The translations under genes were made by a program, and so were the position numbers. Below are positions 46,257-56,678 of a DNA stretch of 64,000 nucleotides, piece after piece. Positions within the stretch are counted from its first letter, which is position 1. Every line of letters begins with the position of its first letter. The notes beneath the pieces are model-generated. The model was not told where the DNA came from and ran no database searches. It saw nothing but the letters and a program-made list of their open reading frames with translations. The stretch comes from Dehalococcoidia bacterium (GTDB taxonomy: Bacteria; Chloroflexota; Dehalococcoidia; Bin125). Where the stretch lies: the NCBI GenBank assembly GCA_963663235.2, contig CAXXNO010000008.1:30107-94106 (forward strand), in the 5' to 3' direction.

Positions 46257-48239
46257 GTGTTCACCAAGGTGCTGATCGCGAATCGTGGCGAGATTGCTGT
46301 TCGGATCGCGCGGACCTGTCGGGAGCTGGGGATCGCGACCGTCGCCGTCTACTCGGATGTCGACCGCGATGCTTGTCACGTGCGAGCGGCGGACGAGGCG
46401 GTACACATCGGTCCGGCCTCGGCGGCGGCGAGCTATCTCTCGATCGCGAAGATCGTCGACGCGGCGCGCCGCAGCGCTGCGGACGCCGTGCACCCCGGCT
46501 ACGGCTTCCTCGCGGAGAGCCCGGCGCTGGCGAGTGCCTGCGCCGACGCCGACTTGGCCTTTGTCGGCCCCCCGGCCGCCGCGATGCGGCTGATGGGCGA
46601 CAAGACCACGGCGAGGCGGGTCGCAATCGAAAACGAGGTACCCGTGCTGCCTGGTGCGGACGAGGCCTCCGGGGACGGCGCTGGCCTGCTGGGCCGCGCG
46701 CGGGAGATCGGGTTTCCCCTGATGGTGAAAGCCGCGGTGGGTGGTGGCGGCCGAGGGATGCGCCGGGTCGAGACGGCGGATGCGCTGCCGGAGGCGCTGG
46801 CCGCTGCGGGCCGCGAGGCGCAGGCGGCCTTCGGCGATGCCCGCATCTTCCTGGAGCGCGCCTTGGTCGGCGGACGTCACATCGAGGTGCAGATCCTCGC
46901 GGATTGTCGGGGGAACTCGCTGCATTTAGGTGAGCGCGATTGCTCGATCCAGCGACGCCACCAGAAGGTCATCGAGGAGAGCCCTGCGCCGGCGGTGACT
47001 CCAGCGATCCGCGAGCAGATGCGCGCCGCCGCTCTGCGGATCGCCCGCGCGGCCGGCTACGTGAACGCCGGCACGGTCGAGTTCCTCGTGGATCGCGAGG
47101 GCCGGTTCTTCTTCCTGGAGATGAACACCCGGCTGCAGGTAGAGCACGGCGTGACTGAGCTTGTGGTCGGGCGCGACCTCGTGGCCGACCAGTTGCGCAT
47201 TGCGGCCGGGGAGCCGTTGGGGTTCTCCCAGAGCGACGTGCAGATCCGAGGACACGCCATCGAGTGCCGTATCTACGCGGAGGATCCCAGTCAGGGCTTC
47301 CTGCCTTCACCGGGCCGTCTCGGGCGCTTCGCACCGCCAGGGGGCGATGGGATCCGCAACGATGCCGGAGTCGAGTCCGGATCGTTGGTACCCGCTGAAT
47401 ACGATCCGCTGCTCGCGAAACTCCTCGTCCACGGCGCGACCAGAGACATCGCGCTGGAGCGGTGTCGCAAGGCGCTGGCCGCGTACGTTGTTGAGGGCGT
47501 GCGGAGCAACTTGGACCTCCTGGAGGCGGTGATCGCGCTTCCGGATTTCCAGTCGGGGCGCGCGGACCTCTCGACTGTGGAGTCGATCCGGCCGGCCGAG
47601 TTGGCTCCCTGTGTGCCCGATGATGTCCTGCTCGCCGCCGCCGTCGCCGACCTGTTGCCGGGCTCTGCCCAGGCTGGCGCGGACCCATGGATGGCCCTCG
47701 GCGCTTGGCGGCTGGGCGGTGTGAGCGACCTGACCTATGTGTACCGCGGCCGGTCGAAGTGCGTCAGTGCAGCGCGGCTCATCGGCCGGCGAGCAGCCTG
47801 GCGGCTGCGCATCGACGATCGGGTCCATGAGGTCGAGGCGTTGCTCGCCGCGAGCGGAGAGATCGTCGTCTTGGAGGACGGCGCACGGCAGACGTGGTCC
47901 GTCCTCCGAGATGCTACGCACCTTTCCCTTGCCGCCGCCGACGGTCGACGCTACACGATGGCCTATCCACTTCGCTCCCTACGCGACGTTGCGCACTCGG
48001 CGCTCACGGCGGCCTCGAATGTGTTGCGCGCCCCCATGCATGGCGAAGTCATCGCCGTCTTGGTGCGGGAGGGCGACCAGGTGCGTGCCGGCCAGCCGCT
48101 CGTGATCCTGGAGGCGATGAAAATGGAGCACACCATTGCCGCGACCGCCGAAGGCGTCGTCATAGCAGTACGCTGTGCTGCGGGACAGAAGGTCGCGGAG
48201 GCCGAGCTGTTGCTTGAGTTGGAGATCGGAGGCGAATGA
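46257..48239 (+). CDS. methylcrotonyl-CoA carboxylase biotin carboxylase/BCCP (alpha) subunit
   Basis: VLIANRGEIAVRIARTCRELGI...the ATP-grasp block MVKAAVGGGGRGMR...EMNTRLQVEH, and a C-terminal EAMKME biotinylation motif. GTG at 46257. Confidence 0.9.
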   Translation: MFTKVLIANRGEIAVRIARTCRELGIATVAVYSDVDRDACHVRAADEAVHIGPASAAASYLSIAKIVDAARRSAADAVHPGYGFLAESPALASACADADLAFVGPPAAAMRLMGDKTTARRVAIENEVPVLPGADEASGDGAGLLGRAREIGFPLMVKAAVGGGGRGMRRVETADALPEALAAAGREAQAAFGDARIFLERALVGGRHIEVQILADCRGNSLHLGERDCSIQRRHQKVIEESPAPAVTPAIREQMRAAALRIARAAGYVNAGTVEFLVDREGRFFFLEMNTRLQVEHGVTELVVGRDLVADQLRIAAGEPLGFSQSDVQIRGHAIECRIYAEDPSQGFLPSPGRLGRFAPPGGDGIRNDAGVESGSLVPAEYDPLLAKLLVHGATRDIALERCRKALAAYVVEGVRSNLDLLEAVIALPDFQSGRADLSTVESIRPAELAPCVPDDVLLAAAVADLLPGSAQAGADPWMALGAWRLGGVSDLTYVYRGRSKCVSAARLIGRRAAWRLRIDDRVHEVEALLAASGEIVVLEDGARQTWSVLRDATHLSLAAADGRRYTMAYPLRSLRDVAHSALTAASNVLRAPMHGEVIAVLVREGDQVRAGQPLVILEAMKMEHTIAATAEGVVIAVRCAAGQKVAEAELLLELEIGGE

Positions 48240-48242
48240 CCG

Positions 48243-49157
48243 ATGCGCGTGCCGGAGCAAGTGACGATCAACGAGGTCGGTCCGCGTGACGGACTGCAGA
48301 ACGAAGACACATTCTTCGACGCCGCGAAGAAGGTCGAATTCATCGACCGCTTGGCGCAGACCGGGTTGCGGCGCATTGAGGCCGTCTCGTTCGTGCATCC
48401 CAAAGCCATTCCGCAGATGCGGGACGCCACGGATGTGATGGCCGCGGTACCACGGCGCGAAGGCGTGACATACCTCGCCCTCGTTCCCAACGAGGTCGGC
48501 GCGCGCAACGCGTTGGCCGCCAACGTCGACGAGATCGGTGTGGTGGTCTCGGCCAGCGAGGGGCATAACCAAGCGAACGTGAAGCGCAGCATCGCTGAGT
48601 CACTCGATGGGATCGCCGGCGTGGCGGAGATCGCCGCGACGGCAGGGAAGCCCTGGGCCGGATACGTCTCCACGGCGTTCGGCTGCCCCTACGACGGTGA
48701 CGTGTTGCCGGCGAGCGTGATCCGGATCGCCGTCCGTCTGCGCGAACTCGGCGCTGGGACGATCTCGCTGGGCGACACCATCGGCGCGGCGAATCCCCAG
48801 CAAGTCACCACGCTGGTTCGGGCCGTGCGCGACGCCCTCCCCGACACGCCGCTGCGCCTGCACTTCCATGACACACGTGGCACCGGCCTGGCCAACGTGT
48901 TGGCCGCCCTGGAGGAAGGCGTCGACAACTTCGATGGCTCGGTCGGCGGGTTGGGTGGCTGTCCCTACGCACCCGGCGCGGCTGGAAACGTGGCCACGGA
49001 GGACCTGGTCTACATGCTGCACGAGATGGGTATCGGAACCGGCATCGATCTCCGGGCTCTCGTCGACGTTGCGCTGTGGGCAGAGCAACTCGTGGGCCGG
49101 CCCTTGCCCGGGCGCGTCAAACAGGCGGGCGAGCTGGTGTTCCGAGGGGCGGCGTAG
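48243..49157 (+). CDS. hydroxymethylglutaryl-CoA lyase
   Basis: EVGPRDGLQNE...HFHDTRGTGLANVLAALEEGV..FDGSVGGLGGCPYAPGAAGN. Confidence 0.9.
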   Translation: MRVPEQVTINEVGPRDGLQNEDTFFDAAKKVEFIDRLAQTGLRRIEAVSFVHPKAIPQMRDATDVMAAVPRREGVTYLALVPNEVGARNALAANVDEIGVVVSASEGHNQANVKRSIAESLDGIAGVAEIAATAGKPWAGYVSTAFGCPYDGDVLPASVIRIAVRLRELGAGTISLGDTIGAANPQQVTTLVRAVRDALPDTPLRLHFHDTRGTGLANVLAALEEGVDNFDGSVGGLGGCPYAPGAAGNVATEDLVYMLHEMGIGTGIDLRALVDVALWAEQLVGRPLPGRVKQAGELVFRGAA

Positions 49158-49207
49158 GTGACCGGCGGCCATGGGACCGCGGCTGTGACGGGGGAGTGAG
49201 GCGGGAA

Positions 49208-50398
49208 ATGCTGAACGTGGAGTTCGCGCTCTCCGATCAGGCCACGCAGATGCAGCTCCTCGCCCGGAGATTGGCGCAGGAGCAGTTCCGCCTGCAAGCC
49301 GCCGAAATCGACCGCACCGAGCAATACCCGTGGGACAATATCAACGCCCTGGCGGCCAACGGCATCATGGGGCACACGGTGAGCACGCAGTACGGCGGCG
49401 GCGGCGGCGCGCTGATCGAGGCGATCGTCGCGGTAGAGGAGGTCGCGAAGGTTTGCGGCACGACGGCCCGGGTGGTGGTCGAGGGAAACATGGGCGCGGT
49501 GGGGGCCATCGGCGCCTACGGATCCGAGGAACAGAAGCAGCGCTATCTTCCGCTGATCGTTGCGGGTGACAAACCGGCGATCTGCATCACTGAGCCGGAC
49601 GCCGGTTCGGCTGCGACGGACATGCGCACCACTGCGGTGCGTGACGGCGATGACTACGTGGTGGATGGACACAAGCGCTGGATCACAGGCGCTGGCATCT
49701 CCAAGATCTACCTGATCTTCGCGCGGATCAAGGAAAACGCGCACGATTTCGGCATCGGCGGCATCATCGCGGAAGCCGGTTCTCCAGGTCTGGAGGTCGG
49801 CAAGCGCTGGCCCATGATGGGCCTGCGAGGCCTGCCGGAGTGCGATGTCCACCTTCGCGGTTGCCGCCTCGGAGCGGGGAACCTCCTGGTGCGAGACGGA
49901 GGCTTCAGAAAGCTGATGACCGCCTACAACAGCCAGCGGTTGGGCGCTGCCACGGTCGCGATGGGCATCGCCGAAGGCGCCTTCGACGAGGCGGTGGCTT
50001 ATTCCCAGGAGCGACACCAGTTCGACCGGCCGATCTCGGATTTCCAAGGCCTGCAGTGGATGCTCGCCGACATGGCGATCGCCACCACGACCTGTCGCGC
50101 CATGATTTACCGGGCGGCCGAGAACGCCGGGACCGGCTTCCCGGACTCGACGGAGGCGGCCATCTCCAAGGTTTACGCCTCGGAGATGGCGATCCAGGTG
50201 ACCAACTCCGCCTTGCAAGTCTTCGGCGCCTACGGCTACTCGCGCGAATACCCCGTTGAGCGGATGGTGCGGGACGCCCGCATGTTTACGATTGGCGGCG
50301 GAACGGCGCAGTTGCAGCGCAATCTGATCGCCTCCGCACTGCTGGGCCGCAAGCTGGATCAGCGTCGCGAGCCGGAACCGGCGATCGAGCGGAACTGA
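49208..50398 (+). CDS. acyl-CoA dehydrogenase (isovaleryl-CoA dehydrogenase by context)
   Basis: CITEPDAGSAATDM...KRWITGAG...QFDRPISDFQGLQWMLADM...YSREYPVERMVRDARMFTIGGGT. ATG at 49208. Confidence 0.85.
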   Translation: MLNVEFALSDQATQMQLLARRLAQEQFRLQAAEIDRTEQYPWDNINALAANGIMGHTVSTQYGGGGGALIEAIVAVEEVAKVCGTTARVVVEGNMGAVGAIGAYGSEEQKQRYLPLIVAGDKPAICITEPDAGSAATDMRTTAVRDGDDYVVDGHKRWITGAGISKIYLIFARIKENAHDFGIGGIIAEAGSPGLEVGKRWPMMGLRGLPECDVHLRGCRLGAGNLLVRDGGFRKLMTAYNSQRLGAATVAMGIAEGAFDEAVAYSQERHQFDRPISDFQGLQWMLADMAIATTTCRAMIYRAAENAGTGFPDSTEAAISKVYASEMAIQVTNSALQVFGAYGYSREYPVERMVRDARMFTIGGGTAQLQRNLIASALLGRKLDQRREPEPAIERN

Positions 50399-50454
50399 GC
50401 GTTTCAGCGTACTGTTCGCCCGATCCGTCGAATGGCGCTCAGCGGTCCACGATC

Positions 50455-51090
50455 CTAGTCGGGAGTGCGCGTTTCCGCGACGCGCCACATGTACCATGAC
50501 CCGACCGACCGGTATGGCGCCCAGCGGGCGCCGATCTTCTGCGCCCGCTGCGGCGTCGGCGTCTTGCGGAGCCCGTAGGCGACCTGCATTCCCTTGCAGA
50601 CACCGAGGTCTCCCACCGGGAGAACGTTCGGACGGCCCAACTGGAACATGAGGAACATATGCGCCGTCCACTCACCAATGCCCTTCACCACGGTCAGCCG
50701 CTGGATCACCTCGTCATCGCTGAGCGTGTCGACGCCGCTGAGGTCGAGGCTCCCGTCCGCCACCCGCTGCGCCAAATCCCGGAGGTAGGCTGTCTTCTGC
50801 CGCGATACTCCGGCGTTGCGGAGCGCTTGATCGCTCGTGGCCAGCATCTCGTCCGGCGTGGGCATCCGCCCGTCCTCGCCGTAGATCGCCAGCATCCGGC
50901 CCAGGATGGCCGCCGCAGCCGCGCCCGCGAGTTGCTGGTACATGATGCTGCGCACCAACGCCCCGTACGGGTCGCCGCTGGGGCGTGGCCGGTAGGGGCC
51001 GAAGCGCGTGATGAGCTCGCCGACGACGGGGTCGGCGTCGCGTAGATGCCGGTAGGCCGCTGCGGCGGAGAAGCGTAGGCGCGGAGTCAT
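50455..51090 (-). CDS. DNA-3-methyladenine glycosylase II (HhH-GPD, AlkA-type)
   Basis: LVRSIMYQQLAGAAAAAI...LRNAGVSRQKTAYLRDLA...VKGIGEWTAHMFLMF...VLPVGDLGV contains the catalytic Asp context. Confidence 0.8.
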   Translation of the reverse strand: MTPRLRFSAAAAYRHLRDADPVVGELITRFGPYRPRPSGDPYGALVRSIMYQQLAGAAAAAILGRMLAIYGEDGRMPTPDEMLATSDQALRNAGVSRQKTAYLRDLAQRVADGSLDLSGVDTLSDDEVIQRLTVVKGIGEWTAHMFLMFQLGRPNVLPVGDLGVCKGMQVAYGLRKTPTPQRAQKIGARWAPYRSVGSWYMWRVAETRTPD

Positions 51091-51233
51091 GCCGCATCGA
51101 TTCTATCCCGCCTCCGGCGGCCACCTCCGCCCCGATCTTTGACCCTATATCCGGCGTGCGGGAGCATGGGCTCCGATCGACGAAGCGCCGCCGCCGACCC
51201 GCCTCGCAAGCTCGCCTGTCGAGCAGGAGCGCC

Positions 51234-52754
51234 GTGGCAGGAACCGCCGTTCGAGAGACACCGCCCTCCTGGGTCAAGATCATCGACCAGCACCGCTGTA
51301 TCGGCTGCCACGCCTGTACCGTGGCCTGCAAGGCCGAAAACGACGTGCCGCTGGGAGTGAACCGGACCTTCGTCAAAGAGGTGGAGTCCGGCCGCTACCC
51401 GGAAACAACGCGCGTCTTCCAGGTGACCCGCTGCAACCAGTGCGACGATGCTCCCTGCACCACCGTCTGCCCCACGCGCGCTATGTACCGCCGTGCCGAC
51501 GGTATCGTGGACTTCGACCGTCAGATCTGCATCGGATGCAAGGCCTGCCTGAACGCCTGCCCATACGACGCGATCTACATCGATCCCGTTTCGAACAGCG
51601 CCGAGAAGTGCAACTTCTGCGCCCATCGCATCGACCGTCAGCTGGAGCCCGCCTGCGTTTCCGTCTGCCCGACGGAAGCGATCATCGTCGGCGATCGGCG
51701 CAATCCAACGGGGGTCCTGGCGTCTCTGCTCGCCGACGGCGCGCTGCAGGTTCGCAAACCGCATCGCGGGACGCAGCCGAAACTGTTCTATCATGAGGGC
51801 AGCCCCTTGGCGCTGGATCCGCTCGCTGGCGGCGCCGTGCGACCGCGGTCGGCAACAGAGCGCCCCGCGGGCGCATCGACCAGCCAGGCGGCCGCCCTTT
51901 ACGGCGCTGGCGCAGGCCGGTCGATTCCCTGGGACTGGCGGGTCTCCGCCTACACATGGACGAAAGCCGTCGCGAGCGGGCCGTTTCTCCTCTGGGCGTT
52001 CTTCTCCCTGGGCTCCCCTGTCGAGCGCCAAGCCTGGACCATCTCCTTGGCAGTGGTCAGCGCCGCGCTGCTGCTCCTGACCGCCACTCTGTTGATCGCC
52101 GACCTGACGCACCCCGCGCGCTTTTATCTCATTCTGATCCGACCGCAATGGCGCTCCTGGTTGGTGCGAGGTGGCTTCCTGCTGGCCGTGATGGGGGGAG
52201 GCGTCCTGCTCTTCTTCATCGCAGCGCTTACCGACGTCGAAGCGTTTCAGGCGGCGGTCGGTTGGATACTGGTCCCGCTCGGCTTCGGGGTAGTGGTGTA
52301 CACGGCGTTCCTCTTCCGCGACAGCAAGGGCTGCCAGCTGTGGCAGAGCCCGCTGCTGGCGCCTCACCTGGTCGTCCAGGCCGTGGTAGCCGGAGCCGCT
52401 GTTCTCATCCTCGTGGAGAGCGCCACCAATCTCCCCTGGGCCGATCTGCGGGCGCTGGTCGCCGTCCTGCTCGCCGCGACGGTCCTGCATCTCGCGCTTG
52501 GCGCGCTTGAACTCCTGCAATCACAGGGAGACAGCGAAGTCCGCTATGCGGTCCGCGAGCTGCGGTCCGGGAGGCTGGCGATGTGGTTGCGGGCCGGCGC
52601 AGGGCTGGCCGTCGCGACGGTCGTCCTGACGGCCGTCGCGCTGGGCGCGGGGGAGCCGGCAGTGGCCTACGTCGCGGCCGGCATTGGCCTGGCCGGCCTT
52701 CCGCTGTATGAGCACGCGTACGTGCAAGCTGGCCAATCGGTGCCACTCGCGTAA
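51234..52754 (+). CDS. fusion of a 4x[4Fe-4S] ferredoxin subunit (DmsB/PsrB/SoeB-like) with an NrfD/PsrC/SoeC-like polytopic membrane subunit
   Basis: The N-terminal half has CIGCHACTVACK, CNQCDDAPCTTVCP, CIGCKACLNACP and CNFCAHR...CVSVCP. The C-terminal approximately 300 aa form about 8 hydrophobic segments. GTG at 51234 with an AGGAG Shine-Dalgarno. The supplied ORF start at 51156 is also possible. Confidence 0.8.
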   Translation: MAGTAVRETPPSWVKIIDQHRCIGCHACTVACKAENDVPLGVNRTFVKEVESGRYPETTRVFQVTRCNQCDDAPCTTVCPTRAMYRRADGIVDFDRQICIGCKACLNACPYDAIYIDPVSNSAEKCNFCAHRIDRQLEPACVSVCPTEAIIVGDRRNPTGVLASLLADGALQVRKPHRGTQPKLFYHEGSPLALDPLAGGAVRPRSATERPAGASTSQAAALYGAGAGRSIPWDWRVSAYTWTKAVASGPFLLWAFFSLGSPVERQAWTISLAVVSAALLLLTATLLIADLTHPARFYLILIRPQWRSWLVRGGFLLAVMGGGVLLFFIAALTDVEAFQAAVGWILVPLGFGVVVYTAFLFRDSKGCQLWQSPLLAPHLVVQAVVAGAAVLILVESATNLPWADLRALVAVLLAATVLHLALGALELLQSQGDSEVRYAVRELRSGRLAMWLRAGAGLAVATVVLTAVALGAGEPAVAYVAAGIGLAGLPLYEHAYVQAGQSVPLA

Positions 52755-52783
52755 TGAAGGGACGATGACACGGTGCGCGCTCG

Positions 52784-53641
52784 ATGAGCGTGGAGGAAGG
52801 CTTCCTGCTGGCCGCGATCGGCGCCACGGCCGGCGTCTACGGCACCATCATTGGGGCGGGCGGCGGCTTTCTGCTCGCGCCACTTCTCGTCCTGCTCTTC
52901 GACATCGAACCGGCGGAAGTGGTTGGCACGAGCCTTGGCGTTGTGCTGGTCAACGGGTTCTCCGGCACGATCATCCACGCCCGGCAGCGGCGCATCGAGT
53001 GGGCGGTGGGCCTGTGGATCGCAATCCTTGCGATTCCCGCCTCGCTGGCCGCCGCCTACCTGATCGCGGAGCACGTTTCAGGGGCGGTCTTCTCAATCCT
53101 TTTGGGGTTGCTGCTCCTTGGACTAGCGCTGTTCATCGCCCAGCGGCTAGTCCGACAACGGTCTTGGTCGAAGGCGTCGGAGATGTCGCCGCCGCCTGCC
53201 GAAGGTGGGTCACAGGTTGCAGTGGACCACGTTCTTGGCCGCTCGGAGGTGCCGCTCCCCATTCACTCGCTCAGCCATCGGCGGACGACGGAACTGGTCA
53301 CGGCAGGCGGCGGGCTCGGGTTTATCTCGGGGATGTTTGGCATCGGCGCCGGGTTCCTGGTGGTCCCGTTGCTCGTGACGTGGTTACGGATGGCGCCGCG
53401 CCACGCGACGGCGACCGCCATCTTCACCCTCATTCCGTACAGCGCCGCCGCGTTCCTGCTCCAGGTGGCATTGGGCAACGTCGTCTGGGGGTTCATCGCC
53501 GCCGCCGGTCCACCTGCCGTCATCGGCGCGCAGGCGGGGGGCTACGTCTCTGCCCGGATCCATCCGTCCAGCGTCATGGCCATGCTCGCAGCGGCCACCA
53601 TGATGCTCGGCATCTTCTTACTCGTTGATGGGAGTCTGTGA
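52784..53641 (+). CDS. TauE/SafE (DUF81) family anion (sulfite/sulfonate) exporter
   Basis: Two repeats of the G-rich TM motif are present: GTIIGAGGGFLLAPLL and GMFGIGAGFLVVPLL. Confidence 0.75.
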   Translation: MSVEEGFLLAAIGATAGVYGTIIGAGGGFLLAPLLVLLFDIEPAEVVGTSLGVVLVNGFSGTIIHARQRRIEWAVGLWIAILAIPASLAAAYLIAEHVSGAVFSILLGLLLLGLALFIAQRLVRQRSWSKASEMSPPPAEGGSQVAVDHVLGRSEVPLPIHSLSHRRTTELVTAGGGLGFISGMFGIGAGFLVVPLLVTWLRMAPRHATATAIFTLIPYSAAAFLLQVALGNVVWGFIAAAGPPAVIGAQAGGYVSARIHPSSVMAMLAAATMMLGIFLLVDGSL

Positions 53642-56565
53642 TGACCGAAGAAGTCCGCCGAACTGATGGCGTTCCCAGTGGCGAGGCGCTGCGGCGTGGC
53701 CCGCCGTTTGACGAGTGGCACGACTGGACGGAGTGGGACTCGCGGGCCTGGCCGCGGCGCAAGGAGCGGCACTATCAAATCGTTCCCACAGTCTGCTTCA
53801 ATTGTGAAGCGGGCTGCGGCCTGCTGGCCTTTGTGGACAAGGAGTCCGGCGAGATCGCCAAAATGGAGGGGCATCCGTTGCACCCGGCCAGCCGCGGCCG
53901 CAACTGCGCGAAGGGGCCCGCGACGGTCGCGCAGGTTCACAACCCTGATCGCATCCTGCACCCGCTCCGGCGGGTGGGTCGGCGCGGCGACGGGCGGTGG
54001 CAACGCGTCTCGTGGGAGGAGGTGCTGGACGACCTCGCCGCGCGTATCCGGGCGGAGCTGACCGCCGGCCGCCGCGACACGGTGGTCTATCACGTGGGCC
54101 GGCCCGGCGAAGACCTCTACACCGAGCGGGTGCTGGCCGCATGGGGTGTCGACGGGCACAACTCGCACACCAACGTGTGCTCCGCCTCGGCGCGCCTGGG
54201 CTATGCCCTGTGGATGGGCATGGACCGCCCGACGCCCGATCACGAGCAGGCCCGCTTCATGCTGATGCTCAGCGCTCACCTGGAAGCCGGCCATTACTTT
54301 AATCCCCAGGCACAACGGATCATCGACTCGCAGATAACCGGGCAAGCCAAGCTCTGTGTCATCGATTTGCGGCTTTCCAATTCCGCGGCCAAGGCGGACT
54401 ACTGGCTCTCGCCCTGGCCAGGGACCGAGCCGGCGCTGCTCCTGGCCATCGCCGCCTTCTTGATCCGGGAAGACCGCTGCGACTGGGACTTTGTGCGGCG
54501 TTGGGTGAACTGGCGCGAGTTGCTCGCTGATCGGGACTACCTGTCCGTCTTGCGAGACCGCGGCCTGCTGCGCGACCTGCCCGCCGGAGACACGTTTGAA
54601 GACTTCAAGACGCTGCTGTCCGGCCTGTACGAGCCCTACACCTTCGCTTGGGCGGCCGAGGAGTGCCGCATCGATGCCGACGCGCTTGCGGCCGTGGCCG
54701 CGGAAGTCGGCGCGGCGGGTTCCCGCCTCGCCACGCACGTCTGGCGCAACGCGGCGGCGGGCAATCGCGGCGGCTGGATGGTGGCGCGCTGCCTCTTCTT
54801 GCTCAACGTGCTCACCGGCTCCGTGGGAACGACCGGCGGCACGCTTCCCAATCAGTGGACCAAATTCGTGCCCCGCCCGCCGACGGAGCCGGCGCCCGTG
54901 CAGGCCTGGAACGATCTCCACTGGCCGGCTGAGTACCCCTTGGCCCACTTCGAGCTGAGCTTTCTGCTCCCACATCTGCTCGACAGACAAGACAAGCAGT
55001 TAGCGGTTTATTTCTCCCGCGTGTACAACCCGGTCTGGACCAATCCCGACGGCTTCTCTTGGATTGACATGCTCTCCGATGAGACCCGCATCGGTGTGCA
55101 TGCGGCGTTGACGCCGGTGTGGAACGAGACTGCACAGTACGCCGACTACGTCCTGCCGATGGGCCTGGGCCCGGAACGACATGATCTGCACAGCTACGAG
55201 ACCCACGCGGCCCAGTGGATCGGCTTCCGACAGCCCGCGCTGCGTGTGGCACGAGAGACACGGGAAGCGGCCCCCGTGAGCACACTCGGATCCAATCCGG
55301 GCGAAGTCTGGGAGGAAAACGAGTTCTGGATCGAGTTGTCCTGGCGTATCGACCCCGACGGCGCGCTCGGTATTCGTCGTCACTTCGAGTCCCCTGCTCG
55401 TCCGGGCGAGAAGATCACGATCGATGAGTACTACAGTTGGATCTTCGAGAACTCCGTTCCCGGCCTGCCACAGGCTGCGGCGGCGGCAGGCGTCTCACCG
55501 ATGCAATATATGCGGTCGCGGGGAGCCTTTGAGGTCACGCGTGATGTTTACGCGCAACACCAGCGCCCTATCGACCCCGGGCTGCTCCGCGACGCGGTCC
55601 AGCACGACGATGCATTCTGGGCTGCGTCGGCTCCGACAAAGGTCAACTACGCACCCTACCCAGGGCCGTTCCGCGATGCGGAAGCACGAGTGCGCCTCGG
55701 TGTGTCCGATGACTCCGGCGCTGCGGTCCAGGGCTTTCCCACCCCGTCGGGACGGCTCGAGTTCTTCTCGCCGACGCTGAAGGAGTGGGGCTGGCCGGAG
55801 CTGGCCGTCCCCATCTACCCCCTCGGGAGCGCTCAGCGGAATGCGATGCCGCAGGTCGTGAGCCAGGTTCATCATTCACGGATCGATGTCGACCAGAACG
55901 AGTATGTGTTGCTCCCCACGTTCCGCCTGCCCACGCTCATCCACAGTCGTACCAACGGAGCCAAATGGCTGCACGAACTTGGGCACGTCAACCCCGTCTG
56001 GCTGCATCCCCAAGATGCGCGGCGGGTCGGCGTCGAGACCGGGGGCCTCGTGCGCGTGGAGACCGCCATCGGCCACTTCGTCGATCGCGTGTGGGTGACG
56101 GAGTCCGTGCGCCCCGGCGTCGTGGCTTGCTCGCATCATCTAGGTCGCTGGCGGCTTCACGAGGATCACGGCAGCGACCGCTGGAACTCGGCCTTGGTCT
56201 CGATCGACCACGAGGGCGATCAGTGGCGCTTGCGTCGTATCCACGGCGCAGGGCCCTTCGCCGGAGATCGCGACTCAGAGCGGATCTGGTGGTCGGATGG
56301 CGGCGTGCATCAGAACCTCACTTTCGCCGTCCAGCCCGACCCGATCAGCGGTCAGCACTGCTGGCACCAGAAGGTGCGGCTTTCCCCAGCCACGGAGGGG
56401 CAGTACAGCGATATCGCGGTGGACACCGAGAAATCGCGCTCTATCTTCGAGGAATGGCTGGACCTGACCCGGCCGGCCTCGGACCAGCCCCAGCGGCGGC
56501 CGTATTGGATGCTCCGCCCCCTCAAACCGCACCCGGACGCCTATCGTCGCTCCGCACAGGCGTAG
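53638..56565 (+). CDS. molybdopterin (Mo/W-bis-PGD) oxidoreductase catalytic subunit, no Tat signal (SoeA-like by context)
   Basis: N-terminal FeS motif CFNCEAGCG...GRNCAKG, MopB superfamily length (975 aa), C-terminal beta-barrel region (VWLHPQDARRVGVETGGLVRVET). The N-terminus is hydrophilic with no RRxFL plus hydrophobic core. The start overlaps the tauE stop. Confidence 0.8.
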   Translation: MMTEEVRRTDGVPSGEALRRGPPFDEWHDWTEWDSRAWPRRKERHYQIVPTVCFNCEAGCGLLAFVDKESGEIAKMEGHPLHPASRGRNCAKGPATVAQVHNPDRILHPLRRVGRRGDGRWQRVSWEEVLDDLAARIRAELTAGRRDTVVYHVGRPGEDLYTERVLAAWGVDGHNSHTNVCSASARLGYALWMGMDRPTPDHEQARFMLMLSAHLEAGHYFNPQAQRIIDSQITGQAKLCVIDLRLSNSAAKADYWLSPWPGTEPALLLAIAAFLIREDRCDWDFVRRWVNWRELLADRDYLSVLRDRGLLRDLPAGDTFEDFKTLLSGLYEPYTFAWAAEECRIDADALAAVAAEVGAAGSRLATHVWRNAAAGNRGGWMVARCLFLLNVLTGSVGTTGGTLPNQWTKFVPRPPTEPAPVQAWNDLHWPAEYPLAHFELSFLLPHLLDRQDKQLAVYFSRVYNPVWTNPDGFSWIDMLSDETRIGVHAALTPVWNETAQYADYVLPMGLGPERHDLHSYETHAAQWIGFRQPALRVARETREAAPVSTLGSNPGEVWEENEFWIELSWRIDPDGALGIRRHFESPARPGEKITIDEYYSWIFENSVPGLPQAAAAAGVSPMQYMRSRGAFEVTRDVYAQHQRPIDPGLLRDAVQHDDAFWAASAPTKVNYAPYPGPFRDAEARVRLGVSDDSGAAVQGFPTPSGRLEFFSPTLKEWGWPELAVPIYPLGSAQRNAMPQVVSQVHHSRIDVDQNEYVLLPTFRLPTLIHSRTNGAKWLHELGHVNPVWLHPQDARRVGVETGGLVRVETAIGHFVDRVWVTESVRPGVVACSHHLGRWRLHEDHGSDRWNSALVSIDHEGDQWRLRRIHGAGPFAGDRDSERIWWSDGGVHQNLTFAVQPDPISGQHCWHQKVRLSPATEGQYSDIAVDTEKSRSIFEEWLDLTRPASDQPQRRPYWMLRPLKPHPDAYRRSAQA

Positions 56566-56678
56566 CCAGTGCAACGGCTTCCGCAGATCGACCGGTCCTG
56601 TAGACTTGCGCCGAGCGCCACACGTGACTGGGCGGCGTTTGGCCGGTCGCGAGCGCTCATTCCACAAGGAGATCGCCG

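Noticed and set aside
49010-50671. A 553-aa minus-strand ORF antisense to the acyl-CoA dehydrogenase, and similarly 53542..54990 antisense to the molybdoenzyme and 51087..52520 antisense to the FeS-NrfD gene.
   Set aside because: They are antisense shadows of strongly recognisable genes and have no family motifs.
53638-53760. A twin-arginine export signal on the molybdopterin oxidoreductase; RR pairs are present (EVRRTD, ALRRGP).
   Set aside because: Neither RR is followed by the F-L-K context and a hydrophobic h-region. The first 50 residues are hydrophilic, so I treat the enzyme as cytoplasmic.
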